Source of the DNA: Octopus vulgaris | Taxonomy: Eukaryota | Assembly: GCA_951406725.2 (NCBI GenBank) | Contig: OX597830.1 | Span: 57,412,001-57,476,000, forward strand | Reading direction: 5' to 3' | DNA: 64,000 nucleotides | Part shown: piece by piece, positions 38,639 through 51,930 of the stretch | Numbering within the stretch: position 1 is the stretch's first letter | Layout: every line of letters starts with the position of its first letter | Translations under genes and position numbers: made by a program | Notes under the pieces: generated by a model | What the model was told of the DNA's origin: nothing | Seen by the model: the letters and a program-made list of their open reading frames with translations, nothing else | The model's database searches: none

Positions 38639-39180
38639 AAGCAAACTGAACTCAGTCCATATTCTTTTTCTTAGTCTCATACCCAGTTCATCAAGGTCAT
38701 TTGCTGAACTGCTACATTACAGGGACATAAACAAACCAACACCAGTTATCTAGTAGTGACTGGGACAAACAAAAAGGCATACATTCATATACTTATATAA
38801 GAGGCTTCCACACAGTTTCCTTCCACCAAATTAACTTGCAAGATATTGGTCAGCTTGGGGCTATAATAGAAGACACTCTAGCATTTCAACCAGCCATATC
38901 CAACCCAAATATTCTTTTTCATGTTGAAAGTGACCAGATCCAGCCTCTCACACCTACCCTACAATGTCATTCTAAAAATAAACTTGAAGCTACAGGGTGA
39001 GGCATGATTAATTCCAAACAAAGCGATTAACAAATCATTTTAATTGACTGAAGAATTTGAATGTTGAAGGGTTAAGATGCTATGGGTGGAGGTTGATCCC
39101 CAAAATGCAAGGGGTTGCAAAATAAATTTCCAAGCCACAAAGTCATGCCTTGTCCCCTTGTTCCATTCTCTAACAATTCT

Positions 39181-39406
39181 TATTTCTTTACTGCCCACAA
39201 GGGGCTACACACAGAGGGGACAGACAAATGGATTAAGTCGATTATATCAACCTCAGTGCATAACTGGTACTTATTTAATCGACCCCGAAAAGATGAACGG
39301 CAAAGTTGACCTCGGCAGAATTTGAACTCAGAACGTAGCAGCAGGCAAAACACCGCTAAGCATTTCGCCCAGCGTGCTAACGTTTCTGCCAACTCCTCGC
39401 TGCCTT
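39181..39406 (-). mobile_element. tRNA-derived SINE (family 3)
   Basis: Near full-length match to 24866-25087. Confidence 0.85.
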
Positions 39407-40207
39407 AACTCTCTGACTCTTCTGTCGACCCACAGCCCTGGATGGGTTCTTTATTTATCAACTAAAAACGATGAAAAATAATGTCTAACCTCAATAGGAT
39501 TTGAGCACAGAAAACCAAAATAAAAAAAAACAATTTGCTTCCTTTAAAAAAGAAATGAAATAAATATATTTCAATAGGTGCTGCTATGGCTGTGTGGTTA
39601 AGAGGCTTGCTTTGCAACCAAATAGTTTTGAATTCAATCCTATTGTGTGACACTTTGGGAAGTGTCTTCTACAATGGCCCTGGGCTGAGCTTTGTGAGTG
39701 AATTTAGTAGATGGAAATTGTGTGACAGCTCATCATGTGTGTGTGTGTGTGTGTGTGTGTTTCAAAATGTGAACAGAAACACAACAAAGGAACAAATAGG
39801 GAACTCACGCACAGGAGGGACGTTGCTAGTTCCTCATCAGTTATCATCCAAAAAGTCCTTACAATTTCATGCCTTTAATGATAATGTTCAGCTTCAGTGG
39901 CGTCAGCTGTGAAAAGCTGCTGGGAATAATGACAAAAACAAACTCAACAAAATGTGAACATCACAACCAAAATAAAATTCAAACTATTCTACAGATAAAA
40001 TAAGGCTTTATGGCTCGAAGACAAGATGGAATGATGGGTGACACAAGGAAGATGTCCGATAGGACTGGAAATTTATTATTTAACGAAATGCCATGCATGC
40101 TACTTGTTTCTTTTTTTTACCTATTCAATTGTGTATGTATATATTCTTTTATTCATTTACTTGTTTCAGTAATTTCGACTGTGGCCATGCTGGAGCACCA
40201 CCTTTAG

Positions 40208-41968
40208 TTGAATGGCAAAATTAGTAAACTATCTAAAGAGCACATTAGTAAAAAACACCATTTCGCCTGGAAATCCATCAAAGACCTATCAGTCAAAAAT
40301 TCTGGGTCATTAATTAGAATTAAAGGGGGATCAGCTAAGAAGCGTTTAGAAAATTGGTCAACCCATTTTAAAAACCTTCTTGGGAAGAATGCCAAAATCC
40401 CTGATAACCCCACTCTTCCAAGTGTGCCTATATCAGACACGCTGGACATCAACACCTCCCCTTTTACCATATTTGAACTAACAGCAGCCACCAAGCAACT
40501 AAAAGCCTCGAAAGCATTTGGTCCCGACAACATCCCAGCTATAATTTGGAAGGATGATAGATTTCACACACCTTTGCTCAACCTCTGCAACCACACACTT
40601 TCCACCTTTGTTGCTCCAAAGATTTGGCACCAATCTCAAATCATCCCAATATCCAAAACAGGCAACTTATCCCTCGTCACCAACTACAGGGGTATATCTC
40701 TAATGTCAATTGCTGCAAAACTGTACAACAAACTGATCCTAAATCGTCTTGTCCTTTTTGTTGAACCTTTGCTCCAAAAGAACCAAAATGGATTCAGACA
40801 TGGGCACTCAACACTGAGCCAGATACTATGCCTACGCAGATTTATTGAAGAATCAAAAGCATTTAATCGCGATTTTGAAATGGTAGTTGTAGACTTTTCT
40901 AAAGCGTTCGATTCTGTAGATAGGTACAAGATGTTTGAAATCCTTAAGCTCTATGGGATACCAGACAAAATCATTTCTGCCATCAAGGTCCTCTACACAG
41001 ATACGTCTTCAACCATCTTAACCCCTGATGGAGAAACATCATCTTTCTCAATCAAAGCCGGAATACTGCAGGGAGACACGCTCGCCCTATTTCTTTTCTT
41101 CATTGTTGTTGATTATGTGCTACGTATGTCAGTTGATACCATCTCTGGCAAGGGCTTTGAAATAAAACCAAGAAGAAGTTCCAGACACCCAGCTGAGTAC
41201 TTGACAGACACTGACTTTGCTGACGACATCGCTCTTATCAGTGATTCTCTCTCCAATGCCCAGTCTCTTTTACAATCTCTTGAACAAGCCTCAAATTGTG
41301 TAGGTCTTTACCTCAATGAGGCCAAGACTGAATACATAAACAAGTGCCTGTCCAACAGTGATTGCATCATCCATACTCTCAACAATGCGCCTTTAAATAT
41401 GGTTTCTGATTACAAATATCTTGGGTCATACATATCATCATCTGGAAAAGACTTTCTAACTAGAAAGGGTATGGCCTGGTCAGCCTGTAATGACATGCAT
41501 AAGATCTGGTCATCAAATCTAAGTAGAGACTTCAAACTTGAAATCTTCAAAGCCACAGTTGAACCAATTCTACTATATGGCTCAGAAATCTGGACGTTAT
41601 CAAAGAAGCTTGAGAGGCGGTTGGATGGAACCTACACTCGCCTCCTTATGAGAGCTCAAAATCTCTCGTGGAAGCACCATCCAACCAAAATGCAAATATA
41701 TGGGAAACTACCACTTGTGTCATCTCTTGTGAAAGGTAAGAGAGTCCAGTTTGCTGGACATTGTTGTAGAGCTGAAAACGAGGCAATTTCTACTCTTCTC
41801 CTCTGGAAGCCATCTACTCGCAATACCAGAGGGCGCACACTCTCCTACCCTGATGTAATCTCCAGGGATACAGGCATCCAGCAACAGGACCTCTGTAATG
41901 CCATGATGGACCGTGAAGTCTGGCGTAGCATGGTAAATTGCATTGTCTCGACCACGGTCGAACAATGA
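40208..41968 (+). CDS. Non-LTR retrotransposon reverse transcriptase (partial ORF2, no endonuclease domain)
   Basis: 586 open codons with RT motifs NYRGISL, QNGFR, VDFSKAFDSV, GILQGDTL, DFADDIAL and YKYLGS. The TTG start lies inside the TSD, so it is not a real start. Confidence 0.92.
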   Translation: MNGKISKLSKEHISKKHHFAWKSIKDLSVKNSGSLIRIKGGSAKKRLENWSTHFKNLLGKNAKIPDNPTLPSVPISDTLDINTSPFTIFELTAATKQLKASKAFGPDNIPAIIWKDDRFHTPLLNLCNHTLSTFVAPKIWHQSQIIPISKTGNLSLVTNYRGISLMSIAAKLYNKLILNRLVLFVEPLLQKNQNGFRHGHSTLSQILCLRRFIEESKAFNRDFEMVVVDFSKAFDSVDRYKMFEILKLYGIPDKIISAIKVLYTDTSSTILTPDGETSSFSIKAGILQGDTLALFLFFIVVDYVLRMSVDTISGKGFEIKPRRSSRHPAEYLTDTDFADDIALISDSLSNAQSLLQSLEQASNCVGLYLNEAKTEYINKCLSNSDCIIHTLNNAPLNMVSDYKYLGSYISSSGKDFLTRKGMAWSACNDMHKIWSSNLSRDFKLEIFKATVEPILLYGSEIWTLSKKLERRLDGTYTRLLMRAQNLSWKHHPTKMQIYGKLPLVSSLVKGKRVQFAGHCCRAENEAISTLLLWKPSTRNTRGRTLSYPDVISRDTGIQQQDLCNAMMDREVWRSMVNCIVSTTVEQ

Positions 41969-41977
41969 TGATGATGA
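40215..41977 (+). mobile_element. 5'-truncated RTE-superfamily LINE inserted in a family-1 SINE
   Basis: TSD TTAGTTGAATG at 40204-40214 and 41978-41988; (TGA)n tail. SINE halves at ~40150-40214 and 41978-42150. Confidence 0.92.
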
Positions 41978-42382
41978 TTAGTTGAATGAGTTGACCCCAG
42001 GACTTATTCTTTGTAAAGCTAGTACTTATTCTATGGTTCCTTTTACCAAACCGCTAAGTTACGGGAATGTATACACACCAGTATCGGTTGTGAAGCAATG
42101 GTGTGGGACAAACACAGACACACAAATACATACATGTGTGTGTGTGTGTGTGTATATGTTTTTACACAGGAAGCTGAATTTGGACTATATCCTACAGTCC
42201 CTTAATACTTTTCTGAAATAGCCGTTTGGACTGATCCTTTTTAATCACCTCCTTTAATATACTTTCTACTTTCATGATACCCCTTATATACATTTTCATG
42301 TTTTTTATGTTTATTTTTTATTTTTTATGCTTTTTATTTTTATTTTTCATTTTTTTATTTACATTCTTATATTTTTATGTGA

Positions 42383-42827
42383 GAGCACCATCCGAGCATG
42401 ATTGTTGCCAGAGCAGCTAACTGGCATCCGTACCAGTGGCATGTAAAAGGCACCATTCGAGCATAATCGTTACTAGCGTCACCTTACTGGCACTTGTGCT
42501 GGTGGCACATGAAAAAAACATTTGAGTGAGGTCGTTGCCAGTGCCGCTGGACTGGCTCCTGTGCAGATGGCACATAAAAAACACCGTTTGAGCGTGGTCA
42601 TTGCCAGTACCACCTGACTGGCCCTCGTGTCAGTGGCACGTAAAAGCACCCACTATACTCTTGGAGTGGTTGGCATTAGGAAGGGCATCCAGCTGTAGAA
42701 ACTCTGCCAGATCAGATTGGAGCCTGGTGCAGCCCCCTGGATTTCCAGACCCTGGTCGAACCGTCCAACCATGCTAGCATGGAAAGCAGATGTTAAACGA
42801 TGATGGTGATCATGATGACGACGACGA
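42383..42827 (+). mobile_element. RTE LINE 3'UTR fragment
   Basis: GTGGCACRTAAAAGCACC modules, GGAAGGGCATCCAGCTGTAGAAAC, CCATGCTAGCATGG and a (GAT)n tail. Confidence 0.85.
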
Positions 42828-43004
42828 TTTTTATACTTTTATATTTCTACATTCTTAGTATCTAACTCTTAATATAAACATGTGAATATTTGTATGGAAT
42901 AATGCTTCTTGTCAGACATCTGAATTGTGAATTTGCTTGTCTGAATGTTTAAGACAATTATTTGAAATTATCATCATATACTAAATTTTATATGTATATG
43001 CATA

Positions 43005-43165
43005 TATGATGGGTTTCTTTCAGTTTCCATCTACCAAATCCACTCACAAGGCTTTGGTCAGCCCGAGGCTATAGTAGAAGATATTTGCCCAAGGTGCCAT
43101 GCAGTAGTACAGAACCCAGAACCATGTGATTGGGAAGCAAGTTTCTTACCACACAGCCACTCCTA
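43005..43165 (-). mobile_element. Family-1 SINE 5' half
   Basis: CACACAGCCAC head and CCAAGGTGCCA core in reverse. Confidence 0.75.
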
Positions 43166-43561
43166 TAATATATGTAAGATTTAATTGAATAAGGTAATTA
43201 AGTTGATGCACCTAGTTAAGGCGGAATAATATACATACACAACAATAATTTGCAAATATCAACCTTGGTATTTAAGTACCGGCAGAATGAAATTCCTGTA
43301 GGGCTTGCAGAAAATCAGATTCAGCCGAGTCTAGAATCCCCTCTTGAGCCATTCAGACATGGACACTTTATTAAATGTACAGTCTATAATAAACTTCAGA
43401 ATATGTGGAGGGCACATTCTGAGACAGGTGAATGATATATAAATAAATAACAAATGAAGGACAGGTGTCAATCCATCATATGTATATTGGGTCATCCTAT
43501 AAATAATGCAATTTTTTATACATCTTTTATATTTCAAAATTAAGATAAACAAAGTTCTTTT

Positions 43562-43648
43562 TTAATCTAAAATATACTTTCCTTCATTTTCTACAATGCT
43601 CTTCCATCTATCTGGTAGACTTGCAAGGCCCTTCTTCCAAAATTCACT
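43562..43648 (-). pseudogene. Mariner transposase C-terminal fragment
   Basis: Translates SEFWKKGLASLPDRWKSIVENEGKYILD*, matching the mariner FY..GI..L..RW..C....G.Y C-terminus. Confidence 0.75.
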
Positions 43649-43903
43649 TATCCGTGACAACAAATATTTACATTAGGATACATTTGTAATACTCAGAATA
43701 TATAGACATGTGTATTCCAAACGTATCCTAATGTAAACTTTATTGTCCATTGTACACCCTGATGATTTTCCATACAAGGTAATTAAAATGCAAAATTATA
43801 TATTTATATATATTTTGTAATTTTAATTTTGCTTGTGAAATGAAACAATTGTTGGGGAATATGATGATTAATTAATAAATTAATTTGTATCCATTAGATC
43901 TCA

Positions 43904-44502
43904 CTGTTTTCTAACTTAATAATAATGTTTGATATTTTATGATATTTTATATAATATATTCATTGAAGAATCGTCTCTTCGAAATTTATTTTATTAAACC
44001 AGTGTATCTTAGATAAATATCCTTATAAGAGGTTTGAATATCTTCATTCTGACTAATATATATATATATATTCTTTTATTCTTTTATATGTTTCAGTCCA
44101 ATGACTGTGGCCATACTGGAGCACCGCCATTGTGATCATCTTTCCACTTTCCACCTTTGTCGGAGCGGCTTTTGGTGAAGGATGGAGTTCAATGCTACTG
44201 TCCTCTTTTGAGTTTCTTGCTTAGATATTGGTTCATCCTGGATCTCGGTGAGCCAGAGGTCAAGTTCATGTTTGAAAACATTTACATCCACTCCATGAAG
44301 GCTCCTCAGATGCTTCAGCAGACAATTAAACAGCTGTGGGCTCCTGAAACATAATATATATTAGTCACAATGAAGATATTCGAACCTCTTATAAGGATAT
44401 TTATCCAAGATACACTGGTTTAATAAAATAAATTTCGAAGAGACGATTCTTCAATGAATATATTATATAAAATATCAAACATTATTATTGAGTTAGAAAC
44501 AG
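43904..44502. repeat. Inverted repeat, ~150-bp arms (43904-44060 / 44355-44502)
   Basis: TTCATTGAAGAATCGTCTCTTCGAAATTTATTTTATTAAACCAGTGTATCTT and its reverse complement; the inner ends are (TA)n. Confidence 0.9.
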
Positions 44503-44504
44503 AA

Positions 44505-44678
44505 TAATATATTTCTAAATCACTCAGGGAGATTTATGCAGTAGCAGCACGATAGAGTGATGGTATGTTGTCAACTTAATGTGACAGTCCCATGAAAGGG
44601 AAGAATGCTACTGTTATTTAACCCTAGGAAACACTGTTTCCTGTTGGACTTGACACATTTCCTGTGTACTTATGCTTT
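44505..44678 (-). mobile_element. Family B pLTR fragment
   Basis: Colinear with about 15092-15260. Confidence 0.8.
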
Positions 44679-44685
44679 ATATATA

Positions 44686-45219
44686 CACAGACATGCAGGA
44701 AGTAGACACCTTCAATTTTCAAAATCTTTTATTTGATATTAATTGGTTGAAGGAGAGGGTTTCTTCTGGCTGCTCGTTAATAATACTCAAGATTATGCAC
44801 ATATGTAACACATGTTCTTGGACTAACTTCTAGCTGTTTTGCAATGTCAGAAGCCTTCAAATGGGGTTTGTTTTCCACAGTTCTCTTCAAACAGCAAAGT
44901 TCCTTTCTGAGGGCCCACGTCAGCTGGACAAGAATCTGTTGATTCTTTTCCTTGGCTTTTGAATTGCACTATAATTCTATTAACAATAGCAAGAGGGATT
45001 TGAAGATTGCCCAACAATACAGCCTCTTTGAAAATCTGACAGTTCTGCTGAATTTTTTATGTGTGGCATGGTTACTCTTCGGAAATGTTTAATATAATGG
45101 CACCTGGAATGAAAAAGAATAATTACATTGTAAATTCTACATCGCTGAAAACATAATAAGACGATTAGATCAGAAATTTTGAAAATTAAAAATGTCTATT
45201 TACTTCCTGCATGTCTGTG
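44686..45219 (-). mobile_element. Internally deleted Tc1-like element
   Basis: TIR CACAGACATGCAGGAAGTA / TACTTCCTGCATGTCTGTG. The minus strand gives a Tc1 HTH-like IPLAIVNRIIVQFKSQGKES...LKRTVENKPHLKASDIAKQL. Confidence 0.8.
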
Positions 45220-45235
45220 TGTATATACATGTGTG

Positions 45236-45312
<77 letters not shown>

Positions 45313-45600
45313 ATGCTGGTGCCATGTAAATAGCACCCAGTAGACTCTGTGAAGTGGTTGGCATTAGGAATGGCATCCAACTGTAGAAACAATGCCAAAA
45401 CAGAGTGTTGAGGTTTGGTGCAGCTACTCAGGTTTGCCATCCCTTGTGAAACCATCCAATCCATTGGACATGGGAAACAGACATTAAACAATGATGATGA
45501 TCATCATATTTTTGTATATGTAAATGTGCGTGTGTGTGTGCGCACGCCTATAGATGGATGGATGGATGGATTTTCCCATTTTAACTGCCTTTTTCTCTTT

Positions 45601-45642
<42 letters not shown>

Positions 45643-45944
45643 CCTCTCGTTCTCATGCACCCTCTCTTTCTCACTTTCTATCCTCTACATATATTTTGAT
45701 TGCTAAACCAACTAGGTAGCCTCTGCATCATAACTCAGTCTAGTTGAAATAGCAGCAAAGTCTCTCTCAAATAACAGTCAACCAATATATAGAAGGACAC
45801 AACAAATAACTTTGTCCAAGATAGACTAATCCAGAAAAAACTTGGACATGATCATGGCTGGAATGGTCTTTGATCATAAATCTTTTAACTTCTGTCAGTG
45901 CTGACCTGGGGCTAAACAACAACTGAAATGAAATGACCAAATAG

Positions 45945-46350
45945 ATGCATATTGAAGCATCAGATCATGGGTCTGAAGTTGGCTTTCATTGCCAGCAATT
46001 GTTGCGTATTTGTCGAGTGTTGGGCCTCACAGAGGCAATGACCAACACCTTTGGCATTATGTCGTGCTTGAGAAGAAAACCCATCAAGGCGAGCAAAACC
46101 GCAGTTGTGGCAGATACTGGTGTCATGCAAATGGTGCCCATGCCAGTGGAAAGTAAAAGCACCGATTAAACTCTCAGAGTTGTTGGCATTAGGAACAGCA
46201 TCCAGCTGTAGAAAACCATGCCAAATCAGATTGGAGTCTGGTGCAGCCTTCCGGCATACCAGTCAAACCATCCAACCCATGCCAGCATGTACAACAGACA
46301 TTAAATGATGATGATGATGCCGATGCCACCGACAACGACAACGACGATGA
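45945..46350 (+). mobile_element. RTE LINE 3'UTR fragment
   Basis: GGGCCTCACAGAGGCAATGACC..., CCATGCCAGCATG and a (GAT)n tail. Confidence 0.8.
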
Positions 46351-46539
46351 TGATTTTGAAGTGCAAATAACCATTGTATCTCTTTGCTGCCTCGAATAGA
46401 GATCAGACAATTTGAAATATTACCTAAAACAGACCAATTTACATAACTATAGTTTGTATATATCTTCCAGTCGTTTAATGTTATTAACCCATATTTAAAC
46501 TGCACCATCAGTCATCGAAATTCGTTTGGGCTTTCACAC

Positions 46540-47243
46540 ACATACATACACACACACATACATACACACACACATACATACATGTATCTGGGACTATAAA
46601 AATCTAGAAAACCTTCTTAAGATTCAAAGGAAGATGAATAAAGCAAGATGTTTTCCTTTTCAACCTTGCTGGCGAATAGGTGGCCAGTCAAAATTTATTC
46701 TAAATTAAAAAGAGAAACAGAACACACACACACACACACACACACACGCACGCGCATACATACTTTTAATAATGTACATACATACATACATATGCATACA
46801 ATATACACACATACGTACAAACATTTATATACACATTCACACACCCATAGATGCACACACACACACACACATGCATTTATGTACCCAGAGATCCACAGAC
46901 ACATTTTCAGTCTATCTTCTCCACCCCACCCTCACTACCTTCTTATTCTCAGATATATACAATTATACTCAACATATACACAGGTTCATTTCTCATATGA
47001 CTACATACAAGTATATTTATATAGAAACAACAAAAAGAAACAACGCATATACATACATGTATATATACATACATATACATACATGTATATATACATACAT
47101 ATACATACATGTATATATACATACATATACATACATGTACTTATATTACAACAGCCTTTCATAAGCTTATCCCCCCACACACACACACACACTTAAACAT
47201 GTTACACATGTATACATATACATATATGTATTCCCATTACTTT

Positions 47244-47274
<31 letters not shown>

Positions 47275-47967
47275 CACCCTTACAGCTTCCCTACACACCT
47301 ACACTAATTTAATCATAACCCATATTTATGCATACACCTGGTTTTACATACCAATAGACAAATACACATACATGTTCACTCAACACACATATACAAGCAT
47401 GAAGATACACCCTTAAAGCACTTATATACACTAATTCCATTCTACAAACACATATACACACATAAACTATTATGTATATACACAAGTTTTATCCACTCTG
47501 TCATAAAATGCACAAAACATGCAGATACCTCTGCACATTCATTAGAACCAGAAATCACAGCATTCATACACCCACACGAAATCCATCACAGATACATTTT
47601 TCAAACTACACACACACACAAACACACACACACACACAGAGGCATGCCTACATGCACACACATACAGTCTACCTGAAGACACAAACAGTCAATAAATAAT
47701 GCAAACACATGTTTAGCACTTCATATCCACACAGACATTTTCATAAGGTATGCATATATACACAAAGTTACACACATGTAATAGATACAGGCACACTGAT
47801 GTTAACCTACATGAACGAGCAACCACACATGTATACTGATTCTTTGATAAGGTGCACATGCATACACACACACACACATACAGACGCAAATACGCACATG
47901 TATAACTGCATACCTACATGCCATACACACATTGAATCTTCCAGCAGACAGATATATATATATATAC

Positions 47968-48005
<38 letters not shown>

Positions 48006-48800
48006 ACATACAATGTGTATATATATATACATATAATGTGTATATGTATATATATATATATATATATATGCACACACACACACACACTCACATAGGTACA
48101 CTTACGTACATATGTATTGTAACATGCCTATACAGCATGAATCGTTCATCAGACACACACACACACAGCCACATACCCACACCAACACTGCTGTGCACTT
48201 TGGTAATTCCCCACGTATAACTTCCTGTACAGCTTCGTATTGATTAAAACGCAAGCAATATATCCTTTCTAAAACTCAAACTATTGATTGCACGTCTTTT
48301 TTTTCTCTTTTCTTTCTATAGTTTTGCTTTGTTTTTGTTTTGTATTTATGTGTGTGCTCGTGTGCGTATGTGTGTGTGTGTGTGGTTATGCATAATGTGT
48401 ATTTGTATGTATGTATATACATATTACATATGTATAACATATGAATATATACATATATATATTTGTATGTATGTATTTACACGTGTGAGTGTATGCGCGC
48501 GTGTGTATGCGCGCGTGTGTATGCGCACATGTGTGTGTGTGTGTATTATATGATAGTCTTTTAAAGAGTGAGACTTGAATTTTTCTAAATTGATTCTCTT
48601 CAAAGTCTCAAAGACTCAATTCTTTAGTATTGTTCTTCCTTTCGATGAAAGACAGCAAGAAATAGCATTTTCTTTCTTGCACATACATACACACACATAC
48701 ATTCCTACCTACCTACTTACCTACCTAACTACATACATACATACATACATATATACATATTGACATACACATACACACACACATATATATATACATACAT
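46540..48800. repeat. Degenerate (CA)n/(TA)n/(TACA)n low-complexity field
   Basis: Dense microsatellites that produce spurious H/T/Y/I ORFs. Confidence 0.9.
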
Positions 48801-49067
48801 ACATTCTTAGATTTAGAGTCACATTCATACGAACTATTCTACTTACTTCCATAGCTACGCATCTTTTCAGTAAAATTAAATAAAATGATTTTCCTGTGTC
48901 TGGCTGTTAGCAGTGGGGTGGGGATGTGTCCCCTTTAGTTTATATCTTCCCATTTGAACACCAAAATCTAAATCTAGGCTCAGGGTTAATGTCTCAGGGA
49001 TAACTAGGGCTAACCTTAAGACACGTAAACTAATTTTCCCTTTCATGCTCCAAATACCAAACCTTAA

Positions 49068-49257
49068 CCCTTTACCATTCAGATTATCCTTTCAGATTAT
49101 CCCTTACCATTCAGATTATCCTTTCAGATTATCCCTTTACCATTCAGATTATCCTTTCAGATTATCCTTTAGCATTTGTATTATCCTTTCAGATTATCCC
49201 TTTACCATTCAGATTATCCTTTCAGATTATCCCTTACCATTTGGATTATCCTTTCCA
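49068..49257. repeat. ~32-bp tandem repeat at the terminus of a piggyBac-like MITE
   Basis: About 6 x CCCTTTACCATTCAGATTATCCTTTCAGATTAT after TTAA. The MITE continues at 49820-49983 after an RTE-3' insertion. Confidence 0.85.
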
Positions 49258-49279
49258 ATGTAATCCTTATTCACCCACA

Positions 49280-49815
49280 TTCATCATCATCAACATTTAA
49301 TGTCTGTTGGATGGTTCGACTGGGCTGGCATGCTGGAAGGCTGCACCAAACTCCTGTCTGATTTCGCACGGTTATCTATGGTTGAATGCCCTTCCTAACA
49401 CCAACCACTCCAAGAGTGTGATGGTTGCTTTTACAGAACACCGGGGTGCGTTTACATGCCACTGGCACAGGTGCCAATTTGTGTGACACCAGTACCTAAC
49501 ACGACTGTGATTTTGCTCAGCTTGACAGGTCTTCTTCTCAAGCATGACATAATGCCAAAGGTTTTGGTCATTGCCTCTGTGAGGCCCAACACTGAAAAGT
49601 CACTCAGCCACTTTGCTTCCGTGAGGACTAACGTTCAAAAGATGTTCTTTACATGCCATCAGCACAGGCTCACTTGGCTTGATGGGTCCTCTCGAGCACA
49701 GCACATCTTCAAAGGTCTCGGACACCAGTCATTGCCTCTGTGAGGCTCAAGGTTCGAAGATCATGCTTCACCTCGTTCCCATGTCTTCCTGGGTCTACCT
49801 CTTCCTCAGTTTCTC
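49280..49815 (-). mobile_element. RTE LINE 3' end (3'UTR plus last codons)
   Basis: (CAT)n tail. CCATGTCTTCCTGGGTCTACCTCTTCC reads GRGRPRKTW on the minus strand. Confidence 0.8.
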
Positions 49816-50119
49816 TCCTGAATTAATCATGTTTTATCTTTTAGCTTTGACATTTTGATGATTTAATTGTTTATTTTTTAGAATGACATTGCAGAGAAGG
49901 TGTGAGAGGCTGGATATGGCCAGTTTGAACATAAAACAGGTAGAAGATCTTGGACAAATACGGCTGGTTTAAATGCTAAAGAGTTGACTTGTTGATATAG
50001 ATTAAGTCCAAGGTGGTGAGCTGGAAGAATTGTCAGCAGACTGAGCGAAACACTTAGCAGCATTTCACCTGTCTTTATGTTGTGGGTTCAAATTTCACCA
50101 AGGTTGACTTTGCAGTCAA

Positions 50120-50183
50120 ATAGATAGATGGATGGATGGATAGAGGAATGGATGGACAGGTAGAGAAATGGATAGATAGATAT

Positions 50184-50228
<45 letters not shown>

Positions 50229-50237
50229 GAGACAGAC

Positions 50238-50288
<51 letters not shown>

Positions 50289-50360
50289 CAGACGGACGGA
50301 CGGACGGACAGACAGACAGACAGACAGACGGACGGACGGACGGACGGATGGATGGACAGA
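50120..50360. repeat. Compound (GATA)n/(GACA)n/(GACG)n/(GATG)n microsatellite
   Basis: Read directly from the sequence. Confidence 0.95.
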
Positions 50361-51490
50361 CAATCTCCCGTCACACATATAAAACTTCCCCCATCTACCT
50401 CCCATATCTCTCTCTTCTCTGATACCTTCTTATATCTTGAGATGCTCTGGCATCTCACCACCACAACCATTTCTATTTCCTTTCCAGCTCCTCTTACCCA
50501 CCCTCATATAATGTGGGGTAGCCTTCTATCTCATTTCCCAGACATCTGGGCTTGTCCTATCATCATATTCTACCTTTTCAGCTCTTGGCAAAGAACCATC
50601 GCCTCCACCTCCCATTTTGTCAAGGAAGCTTTTCCCTTTTTGCCCTTTCTCCTAATTCCCATTCTTTATTTGTTTTATCATTTGGGATCTCATTATTGGC
50701 AGTGACTCAAAAGAAAGCACACAGGAAATGGTTGGCATTAAGAAGGGCATCCAGCCATAGACAATCAGAGCCTGGTGCAGCTCTTGAGCCAGCTAACTCC
50801 CGTCAAACTGTCTGTCCCTTGCCAGCATGGAAAAATAGACATTAAATGATGATGATGACGTACTCTGTCACTCTCTCTCCCTCACTCTTCCTCCCTCACT
50901 CTTCCTCCCTTGCTCATGTGGCTCCCACCTGACCATCAACCATCTTTCTTTGTTCTCCTAACATGTGTTTCTTTCTTTCTCTCCGTTGTAGCTCGAACAA
51001 GGACGTGTTCATCTCTGTCTCCTGTCCAAGCCTGATTTCTGCGTTTGCCACAACAAGCTCATTTAGGCTTAGCAGCCCTTCCTGTTTGTTTTCACTGTCC
51101 TGTTTGTGTTACCAATTTTGAACCTCCACAAAATCCCAAATTTTATTTAATTTGCTTTGTGCGAACAACTGTTTTATCGAAAGCGTATATTGTTGTTAAA
51201 TGCTCGAAATACAAGAGTAGAAAAATAGCCAACAACTGATGAAGGGTCGTTCTTTATGTTGTTTGTCTTGTTTTCCATTTGTGTCTTACATTGTTCGAAA
51301 AAATAGTTCATATTCCATGTACTCGTGCTTCGTACTTTTTTTGTTGTACACATTTCATGATATCCTGTGCGCACATATGCATCTATATATATTAGAAGGT
51401 TTGGAGATGATGTACAGGTATTATATACTAGAAGAAATAAGGTACTCAGAAATCTGGATAGTTTTATATTTACAGATATTTATTAATATG

Positions 51491-51528
<38 letters not shown>

Positions 51529-51930
51529 ATATATATATAACTCCCAGAAAGTTAGAGGTTGTGAATCCAACCCACTAAGGGATAATATCTATCCAATATA
51601 CTGCTGGTAGAATACCCAATTATTAATGCACAAGTTTTTTTTATTGCATTACAATTACATTACCAGTGTACTAAATGGGTGAAGGTAAAGAGATATTTTA
51701 CCATTAATTTATAGAGCAATAAGAAAATGGAGGGGATCAATAGGTGGTTCATCAACTTTTAGAAATTATATTATGTTAACTTATTTATTTATTTACTAAA
51801 CTGATAATTACAATAATATACATACATATTACATATTATGCTTTACATATAAGATATAAAATATAGTATTATATAAGGATACCAGTAATTATTATAAAAT
51901 AAAATAACAAACATGGATATAAATTGGGAA

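Noticed and set aside
39800-39845. Minus-strand CTGATGA followed by a GGAACT/AGTTCC stem
   Set aside because: No GAAA box or stem I partner follows; at most a truncated relic.
46526-48763. Numerous 60-180 aa ORFs rich in H/T/Y/I/C/V
   Set aside because: They are translations of (CA)n/(TA)n microsatellites.
50390-50700. Possible decayed PLE reverse transcriptase fragment
   Set aside because: Pyrimidine-rich sequence with only weak motif hints; not supportable by eye.
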